A stretch of 62,786 bases of DNA, the filler included, from Candidatus Woesearchaeota archaeon (lineage in GTDB: Archaea > Nanobdellota > Nanobdellia > Woesearchaeales > GCA-2687795): assembly GCA_030753365.1 (NCBI GenBank). It is 6 parts of 6 records of this genome, joined end to end, with 100 filler letters (N's around TTAATTAATTAA, not from the genome) between each part and the next. Parts side by side here need not be neighbours in the genome. Positions count along the whole stretch, not along the records: positions 8,828 to 33,804 come from JASMCJ010000015.1; 5 more parts are not named here. One strand, written 5' to 3'. The notes beneath the pieces are model-generated. The model did no database searches. It was not told the origin of the DNA and saw only the letters and a program-made list of their open reading frames with translations. Positions 20,360-30,146 of this stretch are shown piece after piece (position 1 is the stretch's first letter; the number at the start of each line of letters is the position of its first letter). Both the position numbers and the translations under genes were made by a program.

Positions 20360-20464
20360 TTAATTATTTAGTTTGGGTTTTATACCCCGATGCTTGCATC
20401 GGCTTAATACGCAAACTAAATACTAAAAATACCCCGCAGCTTGCTGCGATTGGGATTTTTTATT
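20360..20464 (-). mobile_element. Family A element (copy 2)
   Basis: 105-bp identity to 1807-1911, on a different contig. Confidence 0.8.
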
Positions 20465-20825
20465 GTTCGATGTGTCCTCCTTTTTGTGAATCTTCTAAAC
20501 CCCATGTGTAATAAAGAGATTCAAAAATTCTTTCAATATTTGGGCTGAAAATCTCTTTTGCATAATTTGCAACAAGTGAAGCATACTCCTGGAAAAGATC
20601 TTGCTGATCTTCTGGGATTTCATCACCTGTGAAAGATAATGAAGGAATCATTTCCTTTGCTTGTCGAGCAAGAGCCAGGGGTTCTTCCTGATAAAATTCT
20701 ACTCTAAAAGGAAGCATAGCATAATCAGATAAACATACTCTTGGAGAAAAAAGCCCGCACCCTACCACAAAAGCACTAGCAGACATCGCTGCTGACAGTA
20801 CAATAGTTGTTAAAAATCTTTTCAT
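20460..20825 (-). CDS. Putative lipoprotein
   Basis: Signal peptide ending VVGC. Confidence 0.6.
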   Translation of the reverse strand: MKRFLTTIVLSAAMSASAFVVGCGLFSPRVCLSDYAMLPFRVEFYQEEPLALARQAKEMIPSLSFTGDEIPEDQQDLFQEYASLVANYAKEIFSPNIERIFESLYYTWGLEDSQKGGHIEQ

Positions 20826-20934
20826 ATAATCCTAATATCAAATTCTTCTATAAATGTCTCTATATTATAACTACTATTAAGAGGTATATAATCTAATAGT
20901 TCATGGACAAGGAGATATAACACAATTATACAAC

Positions 20935-21318
20935 CTAATACAGAAAATCAACTTCATCTGATCTAACCACTATCTCTACGGGCTTTTTCTTTTTAATGAC
21001 AGGTTTAATCTTCTCAAAAACATCCTTTTTATCTTTTTGAGAAACTTCTTTCTCTTCCGACTCAAACTTCAAATCAGGATTCATCTCCAACCCTTTCTTG
21101 AAATTGATATTGCCGCAATTAATGCAGCGAAAGTATGCTCCCCATTTGCTTGAATTCAGGTCAAGCCATTCTCCGCATATGCACTTAAGGTCCACCAGTT
21201 TAGTTTTCTTATGCTTCTCGCACACAGGAATCTTCTGAGAATTCTTAATAATAGCAGTCTTGCCGCAAAACGGGCAATTATTCACTTTAGACTGCCCATA
21301 TCTCTTTGGAATATACAT
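20935..21318 (-). CDS. Zn-finger hypothetical protein
   Basis: MYIPKRYGQS..CPFC..VCEKH..CICG..CINC; the longer ORF call would overlap tRNA-Thr. Confidence 0.75.
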   Translation of the reverse strand: MYIPKRYGQSKVNNCPFCGKTAIIKNSQKIPVCEKHKKTKLVDLKCICGEWLDLNSSKWGAYFRCINCGNINFKKGLEMNPDLKFESEEKEVSQKDKKDVFEKIKPVIKKKKPVEIVVRSDEVDFLY

Positions 21319-21369
21319 CTTAATCAGAATAAGAGGGTGGTTTAAATTCTTTTTTATTTCTGAAGAAAA

Positions 21370-21442
21370 AGCCTCGGGTGGGAATCGAACCCACGACCTT
21401 GCGCTTACCAAGCGCACGCTCTACCGACTGAGCCACCAAGGC
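21370..21442 (-). tRNA. tRNA-Thr(GGT)
   Basis: Cloverleaf: acceptor GCCTTGG/CCGAGGC, anticodon arm TGCGC-TTGGTAA-GCGCA, GTTCGATTC. Confidence 0.96.
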
Positions 21443-21478
21443 ATATATAACCAAGAATTTCGCTTCTATTATATAAAC

Positions 21479-21784
21479 TTATTTCAAAACATTATCCATC
21501 CAGTCCTTATACTCCTTATTCAGGTTATCAACATTCCAACTTAATATGCAAGGCGTATCATAAGAATGCACCTCTTCTACCATGCACTTAACTTTCTCAT
21601 AATTATCATCCTTAGTCTTAGCAACCACAACAAACTCATTATCCTCTTCAATCTTCCCCTTCCACCAATACATGCTGTTAATAGGAAAGAAATTAGTACA
21701 TGCCACCAGCTTATTCTCCAACAGAACCCTGCTTACCTTCACAGCCTCTTCCTTATCCTTGCAGGTAATATAGACGATTATCAT
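21479..21784 (-). CDS. cutA: Divalent-cation tolerance protein CutA
   Basis: LVACTN, SMYWWKG, HSYDTPCI. Confidence 0.93.
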   Translation of the reverse strand: MIIVYITCKDKEEAVKVSRVLLENKLVACTNFFPINSMYWWKGKIEEDNEFVVVAKTKDDNYEKVKCMVEEVHSYDTPCILSWNVDNLNKEYKDWMDNVLK

Positions 21785-21803
21785 GTTATGTATAGAATAT
21801 AAT

Positions 21804-22067
21804 TCACTTCTCTTCCTTCTCAGCAGTAATCGCTTTCACAGGGCACACCTGCACGCAAATCAAGCAACCTTTGCAATAATCAAGGTCAGTCTCGCTCCTT
21901 TTCCCTTTAATGGTAGGGATAGACATGTCAGGGCAGTACATCCCGCAAAGCCCGCATTGTGTACACTTCTTCACATCCCATACGGGCTTAAACGATCTCC
22001 ATCCGCTGGTCTTATTCTTCACAGTAGAGCCAGGCTCAGTAACAACAGCACCAATAGTTATTTTCAT
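21804..22067 (-). CDS. porD: 2-oxoacid:ferredoxin oxidoreductase delta subunit
   Basis: KTSGWRSFKP; two 4Fe-4S motifs; YCKGC. Confidence 0.9.
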   Translation of the reverse strand: MKITIGAVVTEPGSTVKNKTSGWRSFKPVWDVKKCTQCGLCGMYCPDMSIPTIKGKRSETDLDYCKGCLICVQVCPVKAITAEKEEK

Positions 22068-22080
22068 TTGTAAATATTCC

Positions 22081-22632
22081 TCATTTCTTCGCGTTATGAT
22101 ATACTTCTCTAACAACCTTCTTATTCAGGTCAGCAATCTTCTTACCCTTTCTCTCAATAAAAATCTCATCAATCGCTTTCTCCAGTGAAGGCAATGAAAC
22201 CAATTCAGTCACTGCTGAGAACGCTCCCAGCATTGCAGTATTAACAATCGGCTTCTTAAAAATCTCCAAAGCAACCGCAGTGGCATCAACAGTCTTAACC
22301 TCAAAATCTCCCTTAATCCCAAAAGATGAAGGCTTCTTGTTTGAATTAATAACAACCAACCCCTTCTTCTTAAGACCCTTTGTAACATCAACCTTCTTAA
22401 CCAGTGAAGGCTCAAGCACAACCACAATATCAGGCGTATAAACATGTGACCTAAGATTAATCTTCTCATCAGAAAGTCTAACAAAAGCCTTCACAGGAGC
22501 ACCACACCTTTCAACTCCAAACATAGGAAAAGTCTGGCTCTGTTTATCATCATAAAATGCAGCAATAGCCAGCAACTGTCCAGTTGTAACCGCTCCTTGT
22601 CCACCTCTTCCATGAATAACTATCTCAATCAT
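22081..22632 (-). CDS. porC: 2-oxoacid:ferredoxin oxidoreductase gamma subunit
   Basis: HGRGGQGAVT, FGVERCGAPV, NTAMLGA. Confidence 0.9.
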   Translation of the reverse strand: MIEIVIHGRGGQGAVTTGQLLAIAAFYDDKQSQTFPMFGVERCGAPVKAFVRLSDEKINLRSHVYTPDIVVVLEPSLVKKVDVTKGLKKKGLVVINSNKKPSSFGIKGDFEVKTVDATAVALEIFKKPIVNTAMLGAFSAVTELVSLPSLEKAIDEIFIERKGKKIADLNKKVVREVYHNAKK

Positions 22633-22713
22633 ACTCTTATACCAGAATCTTTTTGTATATTAATGTTTCTATACACATAAACCTTTATATACCCCTAAAC
22701 CACTCTCATCCTT

Positions 22714-23460
22714 ATGACAGACTTCAAACAACTCTATCAAAAGAACCTTGAGCTAACAAAGCAGAACATCAAGGAATCAGTAAGCAAGGACATCTTCATA
22801 GTTCAGGCTATCAACAGCATTGATGAACTCAACAGGCTCATAAACACGCTTTCAAAAAGAATCAGAGAATGGTACTCATACTGTCTTCCAGAGCTTGATA
22901 AATCAATAGAAGACAACCAGCGCTTAGCAAAACTCATTCTCACAAAGACCAGGAAAGAGCAATTAAAGGAAATAGGCCTAAAAGAAGAAGGCTCCATGGG
23001 CAAAGAATTCAGCAAAACTGAACTATCTCTATTAACAGAGCTTGCCAAAGAGCTAACCAATCTATATGAACTAAAAAACAAAGGCGAAGCCTACCTTGAA
23101 ATATTAGTAAAAGAGCTCTGCCCTAACATGCACACCTTAACAGGAGCATTAATTGGCGCAAGACTAGTAGAATTAGCAGGCTCATTAAAGAAATTGGCAA
23201 CAATGTCAGCATCCCAAGTCCAATTATTGGGCGCAGAAAAAGCTTTATTCCGCCACTTAGTAAAAGGCAGCAGATGCCCTAAATACGGAATTTTGCATGA
23301 ACATCCTCTAATCCAGAAAGCAAAAAAGTCAGACCATGGCAAAGTAGCAAGACGCCTGGCAGACAAAATCTCAATCGCTGTAAGGGTTGACTTCTTTAAA
23401 GGGAAATTTATTGGAGACAAGCTGAAGAAAGAGTTAGAAGAGAAGTTAAACAAAAACTAA
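22714..23460 (+). CDS. nop5: Nop5/Nop56 C/D-box RNP protein, N-terminally short
   Basis: KRIREWYS, QLLGAEKALFRHL, PKYG. Confidence 0.9.
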   Translation: MTDFKQLYQKNLELTKQNIKESVSKDIFIVQAINSIDELNRLINTLSKRIREWYSYCLPELDKSIEDNQRLAKLILTKTRKEQLKEIGLKEEGSMGKEFSKTELSLLTELAKELTNLYELKNKGEAYLEILVKELCPNMHTLTGALIGARLVELAGSLKKLATMSASQVQLLGAEKALFRHLVKGSRCPKYGILHEHPLIQKAKKSDHGKVARRLADKISIAVRVDFFKGKFIGDKLKKELEEKLNKN

Positions 23461-23500
23461 ATCACAACCTTTATATTTAACCTTAACCAAATTCTAAATT

Positions 23501-24241
23501 ATGAAATTCAAAATCACAGGCACAGTCATGCAAACTGTAGGCTTTGAGCTAGACAAAGATGAATCCATCTACTCAGAATCAGGAGGTATGGCCTGGATGT
23601 CTGATAATATAAGAATGGAATCAGGCACAAGAGGCGGCCTCATAGAAGGCATAAAAAGAAAGTTCTCCGGTGAATCAATCTTTCTAAACACTTTTACATG
23701 CAAAGAAGGCAAAGGCATCATCACATTCGCATCAGAATTCCCTGGCAAGGTCATCCCCATCAAATTTGAGGACACCAAGGAAATCATCTGCCAGAAAGAC
23801 GCATTCATGTGCGCCCAGGAAGGAATATATCTAAAAATGCACTTCAGGAAAAGATTAGGAGCAGGCTTCTTTGGCGGTGAAGGCTTCATCCTACAAAAAC
23901 TCTCAGGCAAAGGTTATGCATTCGTAGAACTTGCAGGAGAAATAATTGAGATGACCCTCAAAAAAGACCAGGTATTAAAGGTAGACACTGGTCATATAGC
24001 CATGTTCGAGCCCAGTGTAGATTTTGACATAGAGCTCGTAGAAGGCGTCAAAAACATCTTCTTTGGAGGAGAGGGCTTATTTTTGTCTACCTTAACAGGG
24101 CCAGGCAAAGTCTGGCTCCAAAGCATGCCCTTAGCAAACCTTGCAGGCAAGATAGGAAAATATCTTATCACTGGTAGATCATCAGGAAGATCAAGAAGTG
24201 GCATAAGCGGTGCCATACAAAACATGGGGTTAGGTGTATAA
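23501..24241 (+). CDS. TIGR00266/AIM24-family protein
   Basis: [15 protein letters not shown] twice, GPGKVWLQS. Confidence 0.9.
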   Translation: MKFKITGTVMQTVGFELDKDESIYSESGGMAWMSDNIRMESGTRGGLIEGIKRKFSGESIFLNTFTCKEGKGIITFASEFPGKVIPIKFEDTKEIICQKDAFMCAQEGIYLKMHFRKRLGAGFFGGEGFILQKLSGKGYAFVELAGEIIEMTLKKDQVLKVDTGHIAMFEPSVDFDIELVEGVKNIFFGGEGLFLSTLTGPGKVWLQSMPLANLAGKIGKYLITGRSSGRSRSGISGAIQNMGLGV

Positions 24242-24242
24242 A

Positions 24243-24437
24243 ATGCCTAATCTTTTACTATTTATAACCTTAACAATCATAACCTTTATGTTCTTATTAT
24301 TCCTCTTTCCCAAAATACTCTATTATGTAGTATTAGTCTATCATTTATTCAAGCAAAAAAATAAAAAGAAGAATAAAAACAAATTATATTCTTTAAAGAG
24401 CCTTAAAGAAATAAACTCTGAAAAAATCAAGATATAA
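24243..24437 (+). CDS. Small membrane protein
   Basis: Hydrophobic N-terminus, basic tail. Confidence 0.4.
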   Translation: MPNLLLFITLTIITFMFLLFLFPKILYYVVLVYHLFKQKNKKKNKNKLYSLKSLKEINSEKIKI

Positions 24438-24446
24438 TAATCTTAA

Positions 24447-24833
24447 TTATTCCTTTTTAGGCTCTTCTTCGCCAAAGTCTTCTGTATCTTCTGCTTCTGG
24501 TTCAGCTTGCGTTTCTTTCCCTTCTACTGGTTGCTCTTCTTCCTGAGGTGCTGCTTCAGTATCTTCAGCAGGTTTTTCTTCTCCAGCATCCTGAGCTTCT
24601 TCTCCCTCAGCTTGCGGCTGTCCTTCTCCTACAACTTCAGCAAAACCAACCTTTCTGAAGACTTTTGTAACTCTTACCTTTACATTGTCTCCTTCTTTGG
24701 TGTTTGGAATAAACAACACAAAACCATTTTTCTTTGCGATGCCATCTCCTTTTGCACCAACAGCTTCTATTGTTACGTCCAATTCTTCACCTTCTCTAAC
24801 AGGTGAACTTCCTGATCTTTCAAATCCTTCCAT
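24447..24833 (-). CDS. TRAM-domain RNA-binding protein with acidic tail
   Basis: PVREGEELDV.IE..G.KGDGIA...GFVLFIP. Confidence 0.88.
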   Translation of the reverse strand: MEGFERSGSSPVREGEELDVTIEAVGAKGDGIAKKNGFVLFIPNTKEGDNVKVRVTKVFRKVGFAEVVGEGQPQAEGEEAQDAGEEKPAEDTEAAPQEEEQPVEGKETQAEPEAEDTEDFGEEEPKKE

Positions 24834-24977
24834 ACTTCTTCTCACCTTCCATATATTTAATAATTTATATAGTAAGATATTCAGAAGTAGTATTTAAATT
24901 TGATGTTTTTTTTAATCAAAATAGAAAACCTTAAATAATAGCAAGCCAAGATTTTTAAGAAGAAAAGAGTGGGCCAT

Positions 24978-27900
24978 ATGACGAGAATAAACAAAATAGT
25001 GATGCATGGGTTTAAAAGTTTCGCAAAGCGGACTGAGATACCCTTTGGAAACGATTTTAACTGTGTTCTTGGTCCTAATGGCTCCGGCAAATCCAATGTC
25101 ATGGATGCTCTTTGCTTCGTTCTTGGTAAATCTTCAACAAAATCTTTAAGGGCAGAAAAATCCGCTAACCTGATTTACAATGGTGGAAAAAGCAAGAAAC
25201 CATCAAAGTCCGGTGAAGTTTCAATTTATTTTGATAATAAAGAGAAAGTCTTTCCTACTAAAGATGCAGAAATAAAAATCACAAGAGTTGTCCGCTCAAA
25301 AGGCAACTCAGTCTATAAAATCAATGACCAGACCAGGACAAGGCAACAGATACTTGACCTTCTCTCCATTGCAAAGATTGATCCAGAAGGCTATAACATA
25401 ATTCTTCAGGGAGATATTGTAAGATTCACAGAAATGCCAGCCATGGAAAGAAGAAAACTCATTGAGGAAATATCAGGCATATCAGTATATGAAGATAAAA
25501 AGCAGAAAGCCTTAAACGAGCTTAACAATGTTGAAGGCAAGTTAAAAGAAGCAGAAATAGTGCTTTCTGAACGTGGCAACTACCTTAAAGAGCTTGAAAA
25601 GGACAGAAATCATGCTTTAAAATATAAGGACATGTGCGACAAGATAGATCAAAATCAAGCTTCCTACCTTAAGCTCAACATTGACAGAATAGAATCTGAT
25701 AAGAAATCAAACCAAGAAAAATCAGACAAAATCAAAACTGAAATAGACAAGCTAAACAAGAACATAGAAGACATTAAGAAAGGCATCAGAGAAAAGAAAG
25801 ACGAAATCAAGAAAATTTCTGATGAAATTGAACAAAAGGGCAGGAAAGACCAGGTTCTTCTAAACAAAGAGGTTGAAAATCTAAAGATAGATCTCACTAA
25901 GAAGAGCGCAAGGATTGAAACAGTTAAGAATGAAATAGAGAAAGTTAAGAAAAGAAAGCTTGACCTAAAATCAGATATAGAAGAAATAAACAACAAAATT
26001 GGTGAGTTTGAAAATAAAAAGAAAGACATGGAGAACCTCATCGCTAAAAAGCTCCGGGAAAAATCAGAATTTGAATCCAAAATAATCCAGTTTCGTGAAA
26101 AGAACAAGCTTGACTCTGTTGGTGACATAGAAAAGGACATTGATGAGCTTGACAAGGCAGCTGAAGACAAGCAGAAAGAGATTCAGGCACTAAGGGAAGA
26201 GCAGCACAACCTATTAAGAGAAAAAGATAGAGTTGAACATTTAGTCAATGTTACAGAAGAAAAAATTACCAAAGTCTTTGAAGTAGAAAAGGAAAACAAG
26301 CAGCAGATTAATGTTCTAAAGCTAAAAAGGGACGAATTCAAAAGAAGCACTCTTGATCTAAACAAGCGCCTTGAAGAAGACTCAGTATTATCCGCCAAGT
26401 TGGCAAACATGAGAAAAGAAATAGTAATTCACCATGAAACACTTTCCAAGCTAAATGCGCGAAACATAGGCATCCAGGAAAGATTCACTGGAGACATTGC
26501 CATTAAAAAGATTTTAGAGCAGAAAAACAAGATCTCAGGCATATACGGCACAGTAAGCGAGCTCGGCAATGTAAGCTCAAAGTATTCTTTAGCCTTAGAA
26601 ATCGCTGCTGGAAAAAGAATGAACAGCATAGTTGTAGGCAATGATAAAGTTGCAGCAACCTGTATAAGATACCTTAAAGAAAACAAGTTCGGCACTGCAA
26701 CCTTCCTTCCATTAAACAAGCTAAAAGATATCGACACACGAAGTGATGTAAAAGCATTAGCCAAAGCAAGAGGCGCTTATGGTCTTGCCACTGACCTTGT
26801 ATCATATGACACCCAATTCAAGAAAGTATTCAACTATGTTTTCTCTAACACTATAGTGGTTGACAATCTAAACGTTGCCAGAAGAATAGGTATTGGAAGC
26901 GCAAGAATGGTCACCCTTGATGGCGATATAACCGACACCAGTGGTGCTATGCACGGCGGCTACAGGTCAAAGAAACGGCAGGGCATGGGTTTTACAGAAA
27001 AAGAAGTAAACTCTGATATCCAAGTCCATGAAGGCAAGATAAGCGAGCTCACAGGTCTAATCAAAAGCCTTGAATCAAGAAGAACAGAAAATGAAGACAT
27101 GATAACCAAGCTAAGAACAGACAAGGCTAACCTTGAAGGAGAGATAATCACCATGGAAAAAAGTCTTCACCTTGAATCTGATGACCTTGACATATCTCAA
27201 CGCAAGAAAACTGACCTTGCAGAAGAACTGTCCAAAGTTGATAAAAACATCAGAGAAATTGAAGGAAAAATCTCCACTGTCAACAGAACCTTTACTACCA
27301 TAAAAATAGACAAGCAAAAGCTAAAAGGAAAGATAGGCACATTAAGAGATCCCAGGTTAATCGCTGAGCTAAGGGCATTTGAAGAGAAAAGAACAGAACT
27401 TAAAGAACAGCTCATAAAATATGAAAGTGAAATTAAGAATATTAAAGATCAAATTACCAGTATCCATAAACCAGAGCTTGATAAAATCAGCCAAATCCTT
27501 AAACAGCTTGACAAAGAAGAGGATGGCTTTATTGGAGAACAAGAAGGCCTTGCAGACTTCATTGAATCTGAGGAGAAAGTTCTCCAGGATAAGGAAGAGA
27601 AAGCAAAAGAGTTTTATAACAAATTCAAGAATTTGTTTGACAAAAGGAACAAAATCAATGATGAAGTGCAAATCTCTGAAAAGCTTGTATCTGACCAGCA
27701 GGAGAAAAGTCGGGAAGTTGAAATTAAATGTAACATGTTCTCATTAAAAGAAGCTGAGCTGAACGCAAAGTTATCCACCTTAAACCAGGAATTTGAACAG
27801 TATCATGGCGTAAAGCTTGATTTAAGTAAGTCAGAGAAAGAATTAAAGGAAGAGATAAGAAGATTTGAGAAAATGAAAGAAAACATAGGCTCTGTCAACA

Positions 27901-28478
27901 TGCGAGCCCTTGAGATATATGAAGAAGTTGAGAAAGAATTTAATAGGTTATCAAGCAAGAAAGAAACTTTAGACAGTGAAAGGGAAGACGTACTCAATAT
28001 GATGAAAGAAGTTGAAGAACGGAAAAAGGAACTGTTCATGAAAACCCTTGATGTAGTCTCTAAGAACTTTAAGCAAATATTTGATACAATCACATCTAAG
28101 GGTGCAGAAGCCAACCTTGAACTTGAAACACCAGAAGATCCTTTTGATGGGGGCTTAATGATAAAGGTTAAGCTTACAGGCACCAAATTCCTTGACATAA
28201 GAAGCCTGTCTGGCGGTGAAAAGACGTTAACTGCATTAGCATTCATATTCGCTATTCAGGAACATGAGCCAGCATCATTCTATGTATTGGACGAAGTAGA
28301 TGCAGCATTAGACAAACATAACTCAGAGAAATTCGCAAAACTTATAGCAAAATATGCAGACAGAGCCCAATACATAATCATATCCCATAATGATGGTGTT
28401 ATATCACAGGCAAACAACCTATATGGGGTTAGTATGAATGAACATGGTATGTCAAAAGTTGTTTCTTTGAAGATATAA
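24978..28478 (+). CDS. smc: Chromosome segregation protein SMC
   Basis: GPNGSGKSN, coiled coils, hinge, LSGGEK, LDEVDAALD. Confidence 0.97.
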   Translation: MTRINKIVMHGFKSFAKRTEIPFGNDFNCVLGPNGSGKSNVMDALCFVLGKSSTKSLRAEKSANLIYNGGKSKKPSKSGEVSIYFDNKEKVFPTKDAEIKITRVVRSKGNSVYKINDQTRTRQQILDLLSIAKIDPEGYNIILQGDIVRFTEMPAMERRKLIEEISGISVYEDKKQKALNELNNVEGKLKEAEIVLSERGNYLKELEKDRNHALKYKDMCDKIDQNQASYLKLNIDRIESDKKSNQEKSDKIKTEIDKLNKNIEDIKKGIREKKDEIKKISDEIEQKGRKDQVLLNKEVENLKIDLTKKSARIETVKNEIEKVKKRKLDLKSDIEEINNKIGEFENKKKDMENLIAKKLREKSEFESKIIQFREKNKLDSVGDIEKDIDELDKAAEDKQKEIQALREEQHNLLREKDRVEHLVNVTEEKITKVFEVEKENKQQINVLKLKRDEFKRSTLDLNKRLEEDSVLSAKLANMRKEIVIHHETLSKLNARNIGIQERFTGDIAIKKILEQKNKISGIYGTVSELGNVSSKYSLALEIAAGKRMNSIVVGNDKVAATCIRYLKENKFGTATFLPLNKLKDIDTRSDVKALAKARGAYGLATDLVSYDTQFKKVFNYVFSNTIVVDNLNVARRIGIGSARMVTLDGDITDTSGAMHGGYRSKKRQGMGFTEKEVNSDIQVHEGKISELTGLIKSLESRRTENEDMITKLRTDKANLEGEIITMEKSLHLESDDLDISQRKKTDLAEELSKVDKNIREIEGKISTVNRTFTTIKIDKQKLKGKIGTLRDPRLIAELRAFEEKRTELKEQLIKYESEIKNIKDQITSIHKPELDKISQILKQLDKEEDGFIGEQEGLADFIESEEKVLQDKEEKAKEFYNKFKNLFDKRNKINDEVQISEKLVSDQQEKSREVEIKCNMFSLKEAELNAKLSTLNQEFEQYHGVKLDLSKSEKELKEEIRRFEKMKENIGSVNMRALEIYEEVEKEFNRLSSKKETLDSEREDVLNMMKEVEERKKELFMKTLDVVSKNFKQIFDTITSKGAEANLELETPEDPFDGGLMIKVKLTGTKFLDIRSLSGGEKTLTALAFIFAIQEHEPASFYVLDEVDAALDKHNSEKFAKLIAKYADRAQYIIISHNDGVISQANNLYGVSMNEHGMSKVVSLKI

Positions 28479-28481
28479 TAA

Positions 28482-28583
28482 CGCCAGCGCCAGGATTTGA
28501 ACCTGAATGAGCCGAAGCTCTCTCGCTTTCTAAGCAAAATACGTTCGAGGCGAGCGCGTTAAGCCGGATTCCGCCACACTGGC
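28482..28583 (-). tRNA. tRNA-Ser(CGA) with 16-nt canonical intron (28528-28543)
   Basis: Acceptor GCCAGTG/CGCTGGC, CTCGC/GCGAG stem, long variable arm, relaxed BHB. Confidence 0.88.
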
Positions 28584-28647
28584 ATATTACTAAGAATATT
28601 TCTATTGCCATTTATTTAACTTTCTCAAATCAATAAAAGAAAATAAA

Positions 28648-28839
28648 TGCGTCGGCCGGGACTTTCGCCAGCTTTTCTGTTTTTTCCGAAGGAAAACTTA
28701 GGTTTGTGCCTGAAGGGAAACAAACCGCATTTTCCCAAGTTTTTTGCCTTGGCAAAAAAGCTGTTTCGAACCCGGATAAGCGGCTCTCTTCTAATTTCTT
28801 AGTGGAAGGCCGCTGTCATAGCCGTTAGACCACCGACGC
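28648..28839 (-). tRNA. tRNA-Gly(TCC) with two introns: 37/38 (28786-28802) and 59/60 (28662-28764)
   Basis: Acceptor GCGTCGG/CCGACGC; BHB helices CTTC/GAAG and TTCG/CGAA. Confidence 0.88.
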
Positions 28840-28980
28840 ATACTATTTAATAATTACTATTTGTTCACTTAAAGTAATATCGAAACATATAAATACTATT
28901 CCATTCTAGTATAATCTAAGGGGTATTTAAAAACTTGTCTAAAAACTTATTAAAAAAACAATTAATCTTGAGGTGAAACT

Positions 28981-29838
28981 ATGAATAAAAAAATAACAAA
29001 TCTAGTTTTTGTGAATATAATTCTAAGCATTGGCATATTAGGATATTTAATGTTTGGTCAGCAAGGCACTACATCTACCCAAGGAGATTTCATGAACTCT
29101 CTCAAAACCAATCTCCAGGCTCATGAAGAATTCCAAGGCTCTGGCTGGGAATATCCAAGAGTAACCATGCTAACCTCTGGCATATTAACCACTGCCAAAC
29201 AAAACAACCTAGAATTTTATAATACTGCAAAAGACGGTGATTATCTATTAGAATTTACCGGTGCAAGCGTAATCTACAACTATAACGATGATGAAATAAT
29301 TAACATAAGAGCATTTGAAACAGTACCTCAGGACCTGCTTCTAAAACTAATAGCGCATGAAGGATTAGAAAACTATGCAAACCAACAACCTAATATTATC
29401 GAGATAACCTCACAGAACCTTGAAAATCTAAAACAACAAATAAACGGTATAGACGAAACTCAAATAGGTAATTATATCGTTAGTTATCAGGACTTAGTTC
29501 TCCTCTATGATTATATGCAGGATACTGTCTTAGATTCCATAAGATTTGAAGCTGTTCCGCAGGATTTGCTCCTAAAGCTAACAGCACATGATGAAATGCA
29601 GGCATATAAGGAAGTAGATCCTTTTAACATGGTCATTGTTAAGCAGGACAATCTTCAGGCTTTACAGCAGCAAATTGGTGGCTTGGATGAGACTCATATA
29701 GGTGCTTTCATCATTAGCTATCCAGACAACAGGGTTGTGATGTATGACTATGTTAATGACGCTATCTTAGTAAACAACGTCCTTCAACCGGTGCCATCAG
29801 AAGTTCAGGAAGAAGCCCCAACTCAACCAAATGAGTAA
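28981..29838 (+). CDS. Membrane-anchored protein with three ~78-aa repeats
   Basis: N-terminal TM; FExVPQDLLLKLxAH...IG..I.SY...YDY repeated. Confidence 0.75.
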   Translation: MNKKITNLVFVNIILSIGILGYLMFGQQGTTSTQGDFMNSLKTNLQAHEEFQGSGWEYPRVTMLTSGILTTAKQNNLEFYNTAKDGDYLLEFTGASVIYNYNDDEIINIRAFETVPQDLLLKLIAHEGLENYANQQPNIIEITSQNLENLKQQINGIDETQIGNYIVSYQDLVLLYDYMQDTVLDSIRFEAVPQDLLLKLTAHDEMQAYKEVDPFNMVIVKQDNLQALQQQIGGLDETHIGAFIISYPDNRVVMYDYVNDAILVNNVLQPVPSEVQEEAPTQPNE

Positions 29839-30133
29839 GTTCCATCATAAAGTATTAAAGCTTACTTCCGAGATTCCCAAGGGCAGCATAACTACCTATA
29901 AGATTCTCGCGGAGAAGCTTGGCACTAAAGCTTACAGGGCAGTTGGAACAGTCTTAAAAAACAACAAGCAACCAATCATAATCCCCTGCCATAGAGTAGT
30001 AAAAAGCAATGGGGAGCTAGGAGAATTCTCAAGCAAAATTTACAAAAAGGAAGACTTGTTAAAAGAAGAAGGTATAGAAGTAAAAAATAATAAGATAGTT
30101 AATTTTAAAAAAAAGATTTATAGCTTTAAATAG
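29831..30133 (+). CDS. ogt: O6-methylguanine-DNA methyltransferase (MGMT)
   Basis: RAVG, IPCHRVV. Confidence 0.9.
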   Translation: MSKFHHKVLKLTSEIPKGSITTYKILAEKLGTKAYRAVGTVLKNNKQPIIIPCHRVVKSNGELGEFSSKIYKKEDLLKEEGIEVKNNKIVNFKKKIYSFK

Positions 30134-30146
30134 AATTAAAAGCTTT

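Noticed and set aside
21319..21417. N-terminal extension of ORF 20935..21417
   Set aside because: Overlaps tRNA-Thr; ATG 21318 is the likely start.
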